Assembly: GCA_964016885.1 (NCBI GenBank)
Contig: CAXHJY010000912.1
Location: 77,216-141,215, forward strand
Reading direction: 5' to 3'
DNA length: 64,000 nucleotides
Source of the DNA: Eledone cirrhosa
Taxonomy: Eukaryota
Shown: positions 1 through 13,007 of the stretch, in pieces
Layout: each line of letters opens with the position of its first letter
How positions within the stretch are numbered: the first letter of the stretch is position 1
Translations under genes and position numbers: made by a program
The notes under the pieces: model-generated
The model's input: only the letters and a program-made list of their open reading frames with translations
Database searches by the model: none
What the model was told of the DNA's origin: nothing

Positions 1-45
1 ACAACAAATAATAACAAACTACATTATTTATCTGCCTCCTTCTTA

Positions 46-260
46 GGGCGGTGGATTGGCAGAGTCATTAGAGCTTCAGACAACATGCTTTGTTGCATAT
101 AGGAGTGTCCTTTTATGTTCTGAGTTCAAATCCCACCGAGGTTACCTTTGCCTTTCACCCTTATGGGGTTGATAACAAAATACCAGTAATGCACTGAGGT
201 TAATTTGATAGACTTCCCCTCCCCCAAACTGTTGGCCTTGTGCCTAAATCAGAAACCATT
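46..260 (+). mobile_element. tRNA-derived SINE (family A; central domain resembles Meta/MESC-type SINE domain)
   Basis: GGTGGATTGGCAGAGTC head, B-box-like GAGTTCAAATCC, GCCTTTCAYCCT..GGGGTYGATAA..TACCAG core, GGCCTTGTGCCTAAA..AGAAAC tail; about 20 related copies in the window. Confidence 0.85.
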
Positions 261-695
261 ATTTATCCTAAATATTACTGCATGTCATGTGTATTTTGTA
301 ACAAATACACAAAAGAAGTTGCACCCCCCCCCCCACCTCCAGTTGTGTCAAGGGCACAACAACCATTCTAGTATTGATCTACACAAATGCAGCCATACAC
401 TCTGTAAAATTGTTGGTGATAGGTAGAGTATCCAGCTCTAGAAAACCTGCCAAACAAAGGACCAGGAGAGTTCATCAGTTGTGACAAAGACATGATAACT
501 TCCCTAGTACTGGGTGTCATGAGAAAATACATTCGGTAGAGCACAGGAACATATGTAAGCATGATGCAGAGCCCTGGACTACCTGGAGGTCAGTGACTCC
601 GATTAAGTATTGACTTGATCTGTGATGACCCGTCCAACCTTTACTAGAAAGGAAATTAGATGTTACATCATGATGATATGCAAGCTATTAATAGT

Positions 696-879
696 TGTTT
701 CTACTTTTGGCACAAGGCCAGCAATTACCCAGTACATTACTGGTATTTTATTTTATCGACCCCGTAAGGATGAAAGGCAAAGTTAACCTCGATTGGATTT
801 GAACTCAGATCGTAAAGGGACGTAACTATGCTGGAAAGCATGGCGTCCGACCCTCTACCGATACTGCCAATTCACCGCC
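696..879 (-). mobile_element. Family A SINE, short-tail variant, with target-site duplication
   Basis: Reverse complement of family A; flanked by direct repeat GCTATTAATAGT at 684-695 and 880-891. Confidence 0.9.
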
Positions 880-1729
880 GCTATTAATAGTATATTAAAT
901 TTACATACATATTTCTTACAACATACAGATGTGGTCTACCAACCCATCCAGGGAGGAGGTAGTAACTCTGAATAAGAATTAACTAGGACAGAAACAATCC
1001 ATTTAACCTACTTCGGCATGGAAAGCCGACATGATGATGATGATGATGATGAAGAATGGTGGTGATGGTGTTGATATTGCTGCTGATGATGATGAATGTC
1101 ATGTTATTGTTCTTGTAAAGAACTGAATGCTCTACTGTTGAAACCAAAGGAAGGTCTGTCAGAGTTATCGTCATCATCATCATCAACAGTCCTGCACTAT
1201 ATTACATTGTATTATACTGCAATGACCTGTGTGGTCAACTTCAGTGAAGATTTAATAATGAAGATTAGCTTCAACAAATGTCAATACATGAGAAACAAAG
1301 GGTTAATTTGAGATGGGCTTATTATTATAACAACAACAAAAATTGTTGAAATACACAGGATAGAATAGAATAGAGGAAATATATTTAGTAACAGAACTGA
1401 GCTAATATTATCTGCATAAATTAAATTAACATTAAGAATATTATTCATAAAGCAACATTAATATTAAATTAAAACAATGTTGATTTCCTTTTGGGATGTT
1501 TACCAACAAAACAGGATACACCAATAAATAAATCTACAGAGAGGCCCCTCAGTGCAATTGTTTCCTCTTCATCTTCTGCATGCATGCATGCTTAACAGTG
1601 TCCTATATTTAAACATTTGTAATATCTAAACAGTATCTTTTATATTCACACTTTCTGGTAAATTATGTGTATATTATATTACACACACACACATCATCAT
1701 TTTACGTCCGCTTTTCCCTGCTTGCAAGG

Positions 1730-1731
<2 letters not shown>

Positions 1732-1822
<91 letters not shown>
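1732..1822. repeat. (CA)n microsatellite
   Basis: Direct inspection. Confidence 0.98.
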
Positions 1823-1825
<3 letters not shown>

Positions 1826-2269
1826 TACACACATATATATATTTCCAGATTTTATGTACCACAAGAGCATGAAGAACCCCCTTAACCATTATGAAATGAT
1901 AAATATTATTAGTTGCTTAATTGTAAGCTAAGTGCCATGTTGGTGTACATCAATTTAGCTTAAGATAGCCGCAAGCCAACAGACATTTATCTTAGATAAG
2001 TGGAATGTGGGCAGTTTATTCCAAGTGGTAGCTGTATGCCAGAAATGTGGCTAACTAACAGACTACAACTTATGTATATACTATTTAGTGCTATATAAGA
2101 ATGTATTTGTGAAGGTTTCTCACCCCTACTTACACACAGAGGTTTTCTTAAATCTACTTGCTTATTAACCTTTTTGATACCGTCCTTTGTTCTATGATAC
2201 TAAACTGATTATTTTTAATTCACTTGAATTATTTTTGAATATTCATATTTATCTAAAAAAAACTTACAA

Positions 2270-2482
2270 TCATAGTTTCATGGGTTTGATTCCTGGGCTG
2301 GGTTGTGTGTTTACGTTGCTCCAGTATACTCAGCTGAATATGTGTATCAGCAATAGACGGGGGCTTAGCCTGCGATGGACTGGCGTCTTGTCCAGGAGTA
2401 AGTCTTGTACTCTCAGTTGCTTCATGCCATGACACCAAGATAAGCACCGGTCTGACAAGCCTCCTGGCTTGAGACAGACTTT
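2270..2482 (+). mobile_element. SINE remnant (family B, tail type CCTGCGATGGACTGGC)
   Basis: TTGCTCCAGT..ACTCAGCTG segment followed by CCTGCGATGGACTGGCGTC; related copy at 8340-8575. Confidence 0.7.
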
Positions 2483-4723
2483 AGAAAATTGTTTGTTAAC
2501 CCTTTTTATGCCAAAGTGCCTAAACCCATTCCTGGTTCTATGAGAAACTGTTTGTTTTAAATTTATCTAAGACCCTTTCATCATAATAATTGTTTCTGCT
2601 TTTGGCACAAGGCCAGCAATTACCCCAGTGCATTACTGGTGCTTTATTTCATTAAAATAATATTGCAAGTGTATTGTCTTTATCTAAAAAAAACATCCAA
2701 CATAATTTTATGTAAGAACCTTTGTAAAGTTATGCTTCAATCACCAGATTAATAATTATTTCTTTAATTAATAATAATCATTTCTGAGAAAATTACTTAT
2801 ATTACTAAATCCCTCAGAAATATGGCAACAAAAACAGTATGTTTAAATTTGAATAAAAATGGAATCCTTTCAAAGCACACCAACAACCAGTTGTACATTT
2901 TGAATGATACAATTTCAATGCAGTCACATACATATTCTAATAAGATTCCCTGTCTCAATAAAAAAAAAAAAAAAAAAAAATTTTTTTTTTTAATTCAGTT
3001 TAAATGTCATACACACAATGTCTCTTTCTTTCTTATAAAGTTAGTTGTGCCTCTTCACAGCCAATCTATCATACTTGTTTTTTAATTCAATACACCCTCC
3101 AAAATGGATTCAGAAACTGAAAAGCATGAGGAGACAGAAACCACTGGTAAATATATGGGAGAATAGATTATGGTCCATTGCCAAATATTAGAATAATGAA
3201 TAGATATGCAATCATTTTAAACTCAGCAAACTAATAGTTCATTTGCACTAATTTATTTTTCATTTAATATATGTGTGAAATGTTTAGAATTTGAGTCAGA
3301 GCTTTCCTAATTTTCCCACTGTCATTACAATATTTAAAATATAATTATTGATGCGTTTAGTTTTGTTAGTAACATGAAATTAATGAATCATCATCATCAT
3401 TTCATGTCCATCTTCCTTTCTAGCAAGTGTTGGAGCAACAAACCAAGCCAATACACAACTAGAGCCAGGGGCCTGCAGCTCACGTGTATACATTTCTGCA
3501 CTCTGAGTGCATTTTCTTGTGACATCAGCACTAGGGAAGTTGTCATGTCTTTGACACGGGTTTCATTGGCAAGCTTTCTATGGGGGGTGCCCTTCCTATC
3601 ACCAACCAGTTTATATAATGTATTGGGCATGTTTACCATGTAGATCACCAACACTAGAAAGGAGAGGTTGTCATGTTTTTGACACCTTGGTATGGGGTGG
3701 ATAGATTGTTACAATCCAAGAGTGGCCAGGTCAGAGCAACTTTATGTTACCCACATGGTCCATATATATAGCATGGTTTCTATAATTGAATGCACTTCAT
3801 AATGCCAACCACCTTACAGGATGTGCTGGGTGCCTTCTTTTCCCCTGGCAACACTGTTACCACTGAAATAAATATAACATCGCATATCACCAGTTACATG
3901 TAGAGTTGTAGGATCTGAAATATACTCTCATACCCAAATATGTAAGTGATACACAAACCTCCAGCCTGTCTTGGAGGTGAGTAGGTCTGCTTCAGTACTG
4001 ACTTGGTCTAAGTAGACCTATCCAACCCTTGCTAGCAGGGAAAGCGGACATTAAATGATGATGATGGTGTGTGTGCGTGCGTGCGTTTGTGTGTGTGTGA
4101 TCACCATGGAGGGTATAGAGGACCAGGGAAATATGGAAGTTTGAAAAGCTAAGGTCAAAACTGACTATAAATGAAGGAGACAGACTGACTGCCTGCCTGC
4201 CTGCCTTACTTAATGATTCTCAATGAAGTACTAATTTAAATATCATGAATTTCCTGTTGACAGAAAATGGTCAACAACTTTCATATATACTATCACACAT
4301 TCTCTCAAACACACACAGAAATAGGGTGGGTCTATCCCCCACCCACTTATGTATATCAGTGTAGAGAATGCAATGACATTATAAATAAATATGCAATGTA
4401 CTAATGTACAACACCAAATTAATTCACTTTGAATTGCCAGAAAGTAACACACTTAACCATAAATCTGTGAAGAGGGAGAGTAAACGAAGGAGTGGATGTC
4501 ATATGTAGATTAAGTCAAATCTTTCACACATTACAGATAAGAGGGAAAAAGAGAAAAAAAATGTTCTGGAGTAGGACACTGGTTTAAACTAAACCAGTTA
4601 ACCTTTCTAGACAAAAAAAAAAAAAAGACTATGGTTGATATATATAATTTGATGAAGAGACAACTGGAGCAGGTAAAATGAAGTGCCTAGTCTAAATAAC
4701 TCCATCTACCTCAGTTTATGAAG

Positions 4724-4726
<3 letters not shown>

Positions 4727-4807
<81 letters not shown>
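4727..4807. repeat. (GA)n microsatellite
   Basis: Direct inspection. Confidence 0.98.
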
Positions 4808-4811
<4 letters not shown>

Positions 4812-5103
4812 AACTCCAGTCAGTACAGAACTGATACTTTACTGATCTCGAAATGACAGACAGTGAAGTTGACCGTGGCAAGTTTTGAGCTCAGAGCACA
4901 CAGAGCTGGAGCAAATAGTACAGAGCAGAGCAGCATTCTATCCATCATTCTAACAGATTTGTCAATTCACCACCTATAATAACTTATATTTCTTTTACTA
5001 GCAATTATAGCTGAATCAAGACAGAAATAATGAAATCACTTACTATGCTGGCCATTCTCATATACAAGAAAAGTTCTATTCATAAAAGATGAGGAAGCTA
5101 AAA

Positions 5104-5391
5104 GATGGTGGTGATGGTGACAATAGTAATGGTGATGGTGACAATAGTAATGGTGATGGTGACAATAGTAATGGTGATGGTGATAATAGTAATGGTGATG
5201 GTGATAATAGTAATGGTGATGGTGATAATAGTGATGGTGATGGTGACAATAATGGTGGTGATGGTGACAATAGTGATGGTGATGGTGACAATAGTGATGG
5301 TGATGGTGACAATAGTGATGGTGATGATGGTGACAATAGTGATGGTAATAATAGTGATGGTGATGGTGACAATAGTGATAGTGATGGTGAC
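5104..5391. repeat. 21-bp compound trinucleotide minisatellite (GGTGATGGTGACAATAGTRAT)n
   Basis: About 13 imperfect tandem units. Confidence 0.9.
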
Positions 5392-6639
5392 TTTCCTTAT
5401 GTCACCATCATATGTAAAATTGCTGCTGAAGATGATAGTGGTTTTCATGCTTGTGGATGTTGATAATGATGAGAATGATGATGAGAATGATGACGATAAT
5501 GATAAAAATAAAATGCTCAAATTTAAAGGAATTGTTGTTATTAAATTTTTGCCACCACCTTTAGAATTAACATCTGGTTTCAGAAAATTTTCAACAGGAA
5601 AATGAGAAATATTTAAAAAGAAAAGTGAAAAGAAGAAAAAAAATGAAAAGAAGAAGAAAAAAATGAAGTTATAACTCCAAATAACATACACAAGTTGTGA
5701 ATGAGAAACCATATTTTTCTCCCCTTCTAACCAGTGTTAAATAGAGAAATCATGAGAAATCATTGTTCTCTACGAGTTTTCCTTCTTCCCCTTTCCAAAC
5801 TAACTGCGGAGCAATGATTTCTTTAATTAACAAGCAAATAATTAATACATTTGTTTTCTCTCTCTCTCTCAAAATGAAGAACAAAAAGTCTTTTGAATAT
5901 TAAACAACACTAGACAAAAGAAAATAATTTTTTAAAAACAAATGAAAAAAAGAAACAAAAAGAAAGAAAATAAAATCACCCGCAAAACAAAATTGCCGCT
6001 GGGCTTGGAAAGGAAATCACACAAGAAGGAATCTGATTCACTTATTGTAATTAAAGCCAGGTAAATTATTTTTCTTCATATACAAAATGGTTCAACAGAA
6101 GAGGTAGTACAACATCTTTTAGTTTGTAAACATGAAAACACTGCTCAACAAATGTAAGAAGTTTTTCTATAATTTATACAGATTCCATCAAGATTACAAG
6201 TGGGTGTGATGGATCTTCTATGGGTTTCAATGACAATAAGTGTTACAGTAGTTTGATCAACTGAATGTGAGGTGTGTTAAATTAACATATATGTAACCAA
6301 TTATTTCACAGATATGGGCAACCTTAATGCAATTCCCACCCAAGCCGAATCTACATGATGCTGAATAATTGTTTCTACTTTAGGCACAAGGCCAGCAATT
6401 TGATGGGGAAGGGAAAGTTGATCAACCCCGGTGCATTACTTTATTTTATCGACTCCATAAGGATGAAAGGCAAAGCTAACCTCGGTGGGATCTGAACTCT
6501 ATGCCACAAAGCAGGGTGTCTGACAAAGCCAGATCTTTGAATTACAGGCTGTCATACAGTTTATGCCTACATATCATTATTTCATGTCCACTTAAACATT
6601 TCAATATACATAACAGTTGTACCTAAGACATAACAGCGC

Positions 6640-6940
6640 CCCTAGTGTTGGTGATATACACACCCAGTACACAATGTAAAGTGGTTAGTGATAGGAAAGG
6701 CATCTAACCATAGAAAGCTTGCCAAACAAAAGGTTGAGAGGATTCTTCAGTTGTGTCAAAGATGTGACAACCTCTTCTGTGCACTCATTAGAGCCTGAGA
6801 CCATATGTAATCAAGATGCAAACTCCTTCTCCACCACCTGCCTGGGAGGTCAGTAGGCCTGCTTCAGTACTGACCTGGTTCAGGTAAACAAGTTCAACCT
6901 TTGCTAGCAGGGAATGTGGCCGATAAACGATAATGATGAG
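6640..6940 (+). mobile_element. Non-autonomous retroelement with RTE-type 3' tail
   Basis: CCCAGTACAC..GTAAAGTGGTT..TAGGAAGGGCATC body and CAACC.TGCTAGCA.GGAA...(GAT)n tail; related copies near 390-680, 3390-3700 (minus), 3960-4065, 15775-15925, 54050-54245. Confidence 0.65.
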
Positions 6941-7019
6941 ATACTCCCCCACACAAACAAACAAACACAAACATCATCACCATTGTTTAACATCCGTTTC
7001 CCATGGAACACCACCTTTA

Positions 7020-7200
7020 CTGTTGTTGCTATTTCTTTCACCCTCTTGTTGTGGGTGTAGTAGGTTTATCTGAGATCTCAGATAGAATATCCAGATGCTT
7101 CTTGAATGCATTTACATCTTTGTGTAAACCTCTCAACATTTGGGACAGAACTTTCAACAATTGTGTACCTTTGGCACTACACAGTGATGACCAGTTCAGG
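7020..7200 (-). mobile_element. CR1-group LINE 3' end fragment (degenerate)
   Basis: Minus translation KGTQLLKVLSQMLRGLHKDVNAFKKHLDILSEISDKPTTP resembles the CR1 ORF2 C-terminal pattern GPxLFNxLPxxLR...FKxxLDxxLxxxPDxP. Confidence 0.6.
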
Positions 7201-8339
7201 GATTGGTATAATTACACAATGGCATTAGGGCATCTAATTTAAATACTTCAATATTCAAATACTGCCAAGATCAACTTTGCTCTTCATACTTTCAAAGTCG
7301 ATAAATAAAGCACCAGCCCAGTACTGAAGTTGATCCTCCCTTCCTCTTGCCTTCTTTCATTGTAAAAAAAAAAAAAAACAATAAAACGGAGGGGGGGGGG
7401 GGGTTAGAGAGAGATGGGTTCCATCCACCAGGTTTAAAATGACCAAGATATGCTATGTACCAATATGGTGCCTCTGCAACCCTATCAGGAGTTAAGGGTA
7501 CTATACTGTTATCTTATAATTACACAGAAACACAAACACACAAACACACAAGCACACTGTAATATTAAATGAAAGACCAGTAAGTAGATTCAGTGCTAGT
7601 TTCCATAATACTACATGTTGTTGTTGTTGTCTGCAAATGCCCTTAGAACTATCATTGATAGAACTTAGATAAACACCTCTGTTCTAAAACAAGGTGTGTG
7701 ATGGCACTTATACATGCCAAAAAGAAAAGAAAAGAAAAAACAAATATAAATAAATAAATAAATATTTAGAAAAAAAAAGAAAAAGAAACTAAGCCATAAA
7801 GAATGTATGCCGAAAACAATGTTATTTGATAATGAGAATAAGTTTTTGGTAATAGGTGTAAAGTGAAAAACTTTATAAATTAAAAGCAGGCTGATAAGAT
7901 TATTATAGACAGGAAAACTGCCACAATAAATGTTTGGCAATAATCTATTTACAATTTGGTGAGTATTATAGAACAGGAAGTTAACTCCAAAGTAAATCTA
8001 CACTGTGGTGCAGTTTCAATCTCCAGTTACAGCCATTTTATTTCACTTATATAGATATAATGTTCTTTAGCAAATAATAAATCTATATATATAAATTTGA
8101 GTGATTTCCATCCGTCACACAATGTGTGTGTGTGAGTTTATTTGTATGTTTATGTACATATAAATGTATGCATATGCACACATATACACATATATGCCAG
8201 TTTGATGATAACAATTCTAGTAAATGTGTGTGTGTGCGTGTGCATTTTACCTTCCATTTTCCAAACTTTTTTAACAAGGTTACCTTTGTGTCAAGTCTAA
8301 AAGCAACCATTACATAGTGTAAGAGCAACTTTTGAGAAC

Positions 8340-8575
8340 ACATGGCATGTGGCCTAGTGTTTAGTTTGTTGATCTCATGTTCATAAGGTCATGACTTCGA
8401 TTCCCAGATGAGTGGTGGTGCATTGTGTGTTTGAATATGGCTTTTCATTTCACATTGCTCTAGTTCACTCAGCTGAAAATGAGTGCCAGCAGCTTGTGGT
8501 TAACTCTGCAATGGACTGGCATCCCATCCAGGAGGGAAGCTTGTACTCTCAGACACTTAAAACCATATGGAACCA
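8340..8575 (+). mobile_element. tRNA-derived SINE, family B (CORE-like), degenerate
   Basis: TGGCCTAGTGTTTAG A-box-like head, TTCGATTCCC B-box, TTTCACATTGCTCTAGTTCACTCAGCTG. Confidence 0.7.
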
Positions 8576-10034
8576 GTAAAAGCTTTTACCTTTGTCCAAA
8601 CCATGCAAGCATGGATGTAAAGAAAAAACAAAAGCAAAGCAATGATGATAACCCCCCCCCCTGCTATCTTACCAGTGACAAAATTCTACTGCAAGAAATT
8701 GTGGAAATGTTGATACCATGAAATAAATGAAAAGTTATCATAACAGAGAGAGATTAAATGGCTGTTAAAATACCTCCTCTACACTCAGCTGCTTCAGTTT
8801 CAACATATGGTCTCAGATCAAGCAATATTTATCTCCAGAGGGGGCAGGTATGGCTGTGTGCTTATGCACAGGCTTCTGTCTCCACACCTTCATGTCAACA
8901 TTGTTTAATGCCATGTGGTGTTTATGTCATGCGGCTTAGTAATCAGACATAAATCAGCAATAGACACAGCAATACAAGAAGGGAATCCAACCACAGAAAA
9001 ACCTGCCTCAAAAAGGTTAGGTACATCCATGCCAGTATGAAAAAAACAGACACAATAACAAAGATGATAGTGGTAGTTACACCAAAGCTCTTGACCATCA
9101 TGAAGATAATGGTGATAATAACAGTGATGCTGCTGGTGATGATAAGGGTGATGATAGTTACACCACAGCTCTTGAGTTCAGCTCCAACTCCGGCATTCCA
9201 TCCATCCAAGGGACAATGAAAACAATACTATTTATGTAATATGATATACTATAAGATTAACACCAAACAACCATACAAGATTCTCCCCTTTCACAAAAAT
9301 GAGAACCCCCCCCGTGTCTCACAATAACTAAATCTTTCATTCAAGTGCCCAATCACTTTCAACATAGAAGGATGAACAGAATCCAGAAGAGCTGTTTGCC
9401 ATAGAAACACTGCTGTCTTCACTTCACCACTACCACCATCACAAATGACTTCAAACTGCAATTAATTATTCCACACAAGCATCTATGTCTTCTTTTTAGT
9501 TCATTTTAAGACACCATACTATCACTGTGGGAGAAATAAACAGTCTATAGGGTATTTCAACCAATCAGTTGTGCAGCTCAAATATAAGCTCTACAAATGG
9601 CTGCACAATAAATAGATAAATAAAGCAAACAACAACCAACAACAAAAGATATTTACATTGCAGTAAATATATTTTAGACATTTTACTAAAATCTCTAGCA
9701 ACATTTTAGATTTGATTTTGTTGTCTAGGTCCATACATAAACGCGTGTACGCGCGCGCGCTCTTACTCTCCTTCATATTCTTTTTCTCAAAGAGGAAAAA
9801 AGAAAATTCACACAGTATTGTGATAAAATATCCAAGTTATAAAGGAGGGGTAAGAGTAAGATCCTTGAATACTGGAATACCCAGGTGATGTCAGTGAATA
9901 GGTTAATATATATATATATACACACACACATATATAAATATGTATATATATATATATATATATATGGCAGAGAAAAAGACAATGGTGATATATATATATC
10001 ACCATTGTCTTTTTCCCTGCCAGCAAGGGTTTGG

Positions 10035-10082
<48 letters not shown>

Positions 10083-11823
10083 CAAACTGCAGATGATTAA
10101 TGGCTGTAAAGAAGTTGGGAAGGAAAAATATAACTATCTTTGATAACAATGAGGAGTGGGAATGAATACAGAAAATAAAGCATGAATCATAAGTTAGCAT
10201 AGCATATCATAGAGTATCGTATCATATCATATGATATCGTATGACATCACACCACACCAGAGCATATCTTATAATGGTATTGTATCAATTATTAAGATGG
10301 GCAGAAAAACTAGAAATCTACACTAGATGCTTATAGCATTTAGCCTTCCCCTGCTTTGTTCTGATATCAAATCTGATTAGAATCGACTTCACCATTCCTT
10401 CCACTGCCATGTCATTTAATAAGTACCAGTAATTAATTCAGGGCAAAATTTAATTGCTTATATCACTTTTCTTTTTAAAATGTGTGACCTTTGTGTTCAA
10501 ATTCAGAAGGGAAAAAAGGTTTTCTAATTTTGGCACAAGGGCAGTGATGGGGTAAAACAATTGAATTGACTCCAGTACTTATTTGAGTGGTTTTCTTTAG
10601 CAAACCCAGACAATAATAGCTGTAACTGTATGCTGCAAAGCATCTCCGATGCTCTACCAATCCACTTGTTTCTAAAAATAATAATAATAATAATATACAA
10701 TAAATATATAAAATATAATAATATACAATCAATCAAGAGAACCTCAAGAACTAGAAATTTTGAGATTTCAAAGTAAGAAATCTGCACAAGTACTCATAGT
10801 TATTTCCATTATGTAAATTTAAATAAACCATATTATTGAGAGAGTAAAGAACACAAGATTGAAATTATGCCATATTTACCATGGCAGTAACCCAAGACAA
10901 GCATTTATATATGCACGTGTATATATTGAGTTTATGTAGAGAAAGAAATAGATAGATAGATGAATATATAGAAAAATAAAGACATACAGGTATATAAAAA
11001 AAATAGAAATATAGAGAAAAGATAGTGAATAATTAAAATCCTGTTGAAATTCTGTAATTTTCTTAAACTGTGCAATGTTGGAATTGCTACAAGGATTCTT
11101 AATCATTAATACACCAGAATTTGAATACTAAAAATGTTAAAACAAAATCATAAGATAAGGAAAACCTTTTAAAAATTGTACTTGATATTTAGAAAATATA
11201 CTAAAAGTGTTCTGCATGGTTAGAAGCAACGTACATACACAATGAAAAATGGCAAAGATTTTCAAACTGATAAGTATAATTGCATTGCTTTGGCCTCCTT
11301 AGAGCAGGAAGATAAATAAATTGTGGTTGAAGAAAAGATTGCATTAAAAGACCAAAAACCATAACAATAAAAAGAAGAGAATAGAATAAAACTTAAAACA
11401 AATTAGCATAATAGATAAGCCACTAATTAGTGGCAATTAAAAAATTACAGAAAGAACTCACAGTGATGTAGAAAATTAATGAAAAACTAGTCTGATAGTG
11501 TTCATTCAATCTATTTTCCCCATAATCTACTTAATGGAATTTAATTTGCAATTCATCTGGAAAAAAATAAGCTGAGTTACTTGCCCTTTGAAAGAGATAA
11601 ATATAAAAGAGAATAGGCATAGGGTGGTATATAATCTGTTTAGCACTAAGGAGGGTGCTGCTGTACATATTTTATTTACAAGTGACTATTGTAGAGATTA
11701 ATTGAATAAAAGCATGTTTGATTCACATAATATCTGACAAGAAAACTCTATTATATTATTAGGTGGATATAAAATAATGATGTATCATATAATATGCCTC
11801 TTTACAAGTTGCTTCTCCTACCA

Positions 11824-11854
<31 letters not shown>

Positions 11855-12173
11855 CAGAGAGAGAGAGAGTGTAGAAACCCAACCCAATTGTGACTACTGG
11901 ATAAGATGTCTTTTAGCTCAATAGGGGATAACAGTAACCAAAGCCACAACTATCCCATTATTGTTATATAAGGAGACTAACAAAGGAGATAGTTATGTAT
12001 AAAATATATGAAAGTATGAAGTATTATTGTAACAGATCATTGATACAGTTGTATTACATTTAATACGTCTCACAGTTTACCCTCATTTGGCAAGTAATTA
12101 TGTGATCTCGGATCATGTGTTAAGACAAGAACAATTGCCTCATCGTAATCCATGTATCCGTTAAAAGCACAAC

Positions 12174-12275
12174 TACAAGGGTTGGCTGAAAAGTTCATAG
12201 GCTCGCTATGAAGGAATGATGATAGAGCTTTGAAATCTTGCATGCATTAATTCCAACTCTTCTTATTAATAATTA
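12174..12275. mobile_element. Mariner-type terminal fragment
   Basis: TA + CAAGGGTTGGCTGAAAAGTTC, similar to the mariner TIR at 13777-13805. Confidence 0.5.
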
Positions 12276-12276
12276 C

Positions 12277-12968
12277 CGCAGGGTTTAAGGGTCAATGCTG
12301 TTGATGATAAGAAATGTTCGAGAAGATTGTGAGGGCTTGGATAGAGAATGTGAGCAAAGACTGTATGCCTTCCAAGAAGACTACACTATCTCAAAAGGCC
12401 AAGACGAACCAAGAATGGTTGAAGTACAATCTCCATGATCACATTACCCCAAACATATATCCTCCTAGCTATCCAGACCTGAATCCATTAGGCCACTACT
12501 GTACATACTCAAATATAAGCGCCCCTCCATATTTCATGTCTGAAAAATCCAAACCCTGTTTATAAACTGAGGCAGCTGATCAAAGCATTGTTTAGATGGC
12601 GTATATAAGCCAACCTCTCATTTTACGATCAATTTTTTTAGTCCCATATTCCTCAGCTTATTTTAGAGTATATACAGTAAATATGGGGTGTTGTTGAAAG
12701 GGAAGTCAAACAATACCCCCATAACACAATAAAATCTCTGAAGTCTACCATAACCGGCACAATGTCCAAAATAGATGAAGATCCTCTGATTCAGGCGTGT
12801 CAGACCTCGTATTGAAGCAGTCATCAATGCTAACAGTGGATTCATTGAGTAGATATGTCAAGAAGAGTATCAAGATTATTCATAGCATCCTTTCTTCTCA
12901 AATAAAGCTCTTCTTTTGTGACTTATGTGTGTTTGACTAAATTCATACAAAGAACTGTAGCAATCCTG
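12277..12968 (+). mobile_element. Degenerate Tc1/mariner-superfamily transposase remnant (maT/DD37D-like), interrupted by a MITE
   Basis: Fragments QGLRVNA, VRAWIENV, FQED, KAKTNQEWL, PPSYPDLNPL, then IWGVVEREV...HNT, RIEAVINANSGFIE*; catalytic spacing about 37 residues allowing for a frameshift. Confidence 0.8.
12499..12677. mobile_element. Tc1/mariner-superfamily MITE (Tc2/pogo-like TIR), TA TSD
   Basis: Imperfect TIRs CTGTACATACTCAAATATAAGC / GCTTATTTTAGAGTATATACAG flanked by TA on both sides. Confidence 0.8.
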
Positions 12969-13007
12969 TATATAAGTTTGTATATATATATATACATATA
13001 TATATAT

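Noticed and set aside
5089-5712. ORFs encoding (GDGDNSN)n, (VMVMVTI)n or (TI)n, superficially like acidic biomineralisation proteins
   Set aside because: All arise from one trinucleotide-derived minisatellite that is open in several frames; no signal peptide, splice context or unique domain
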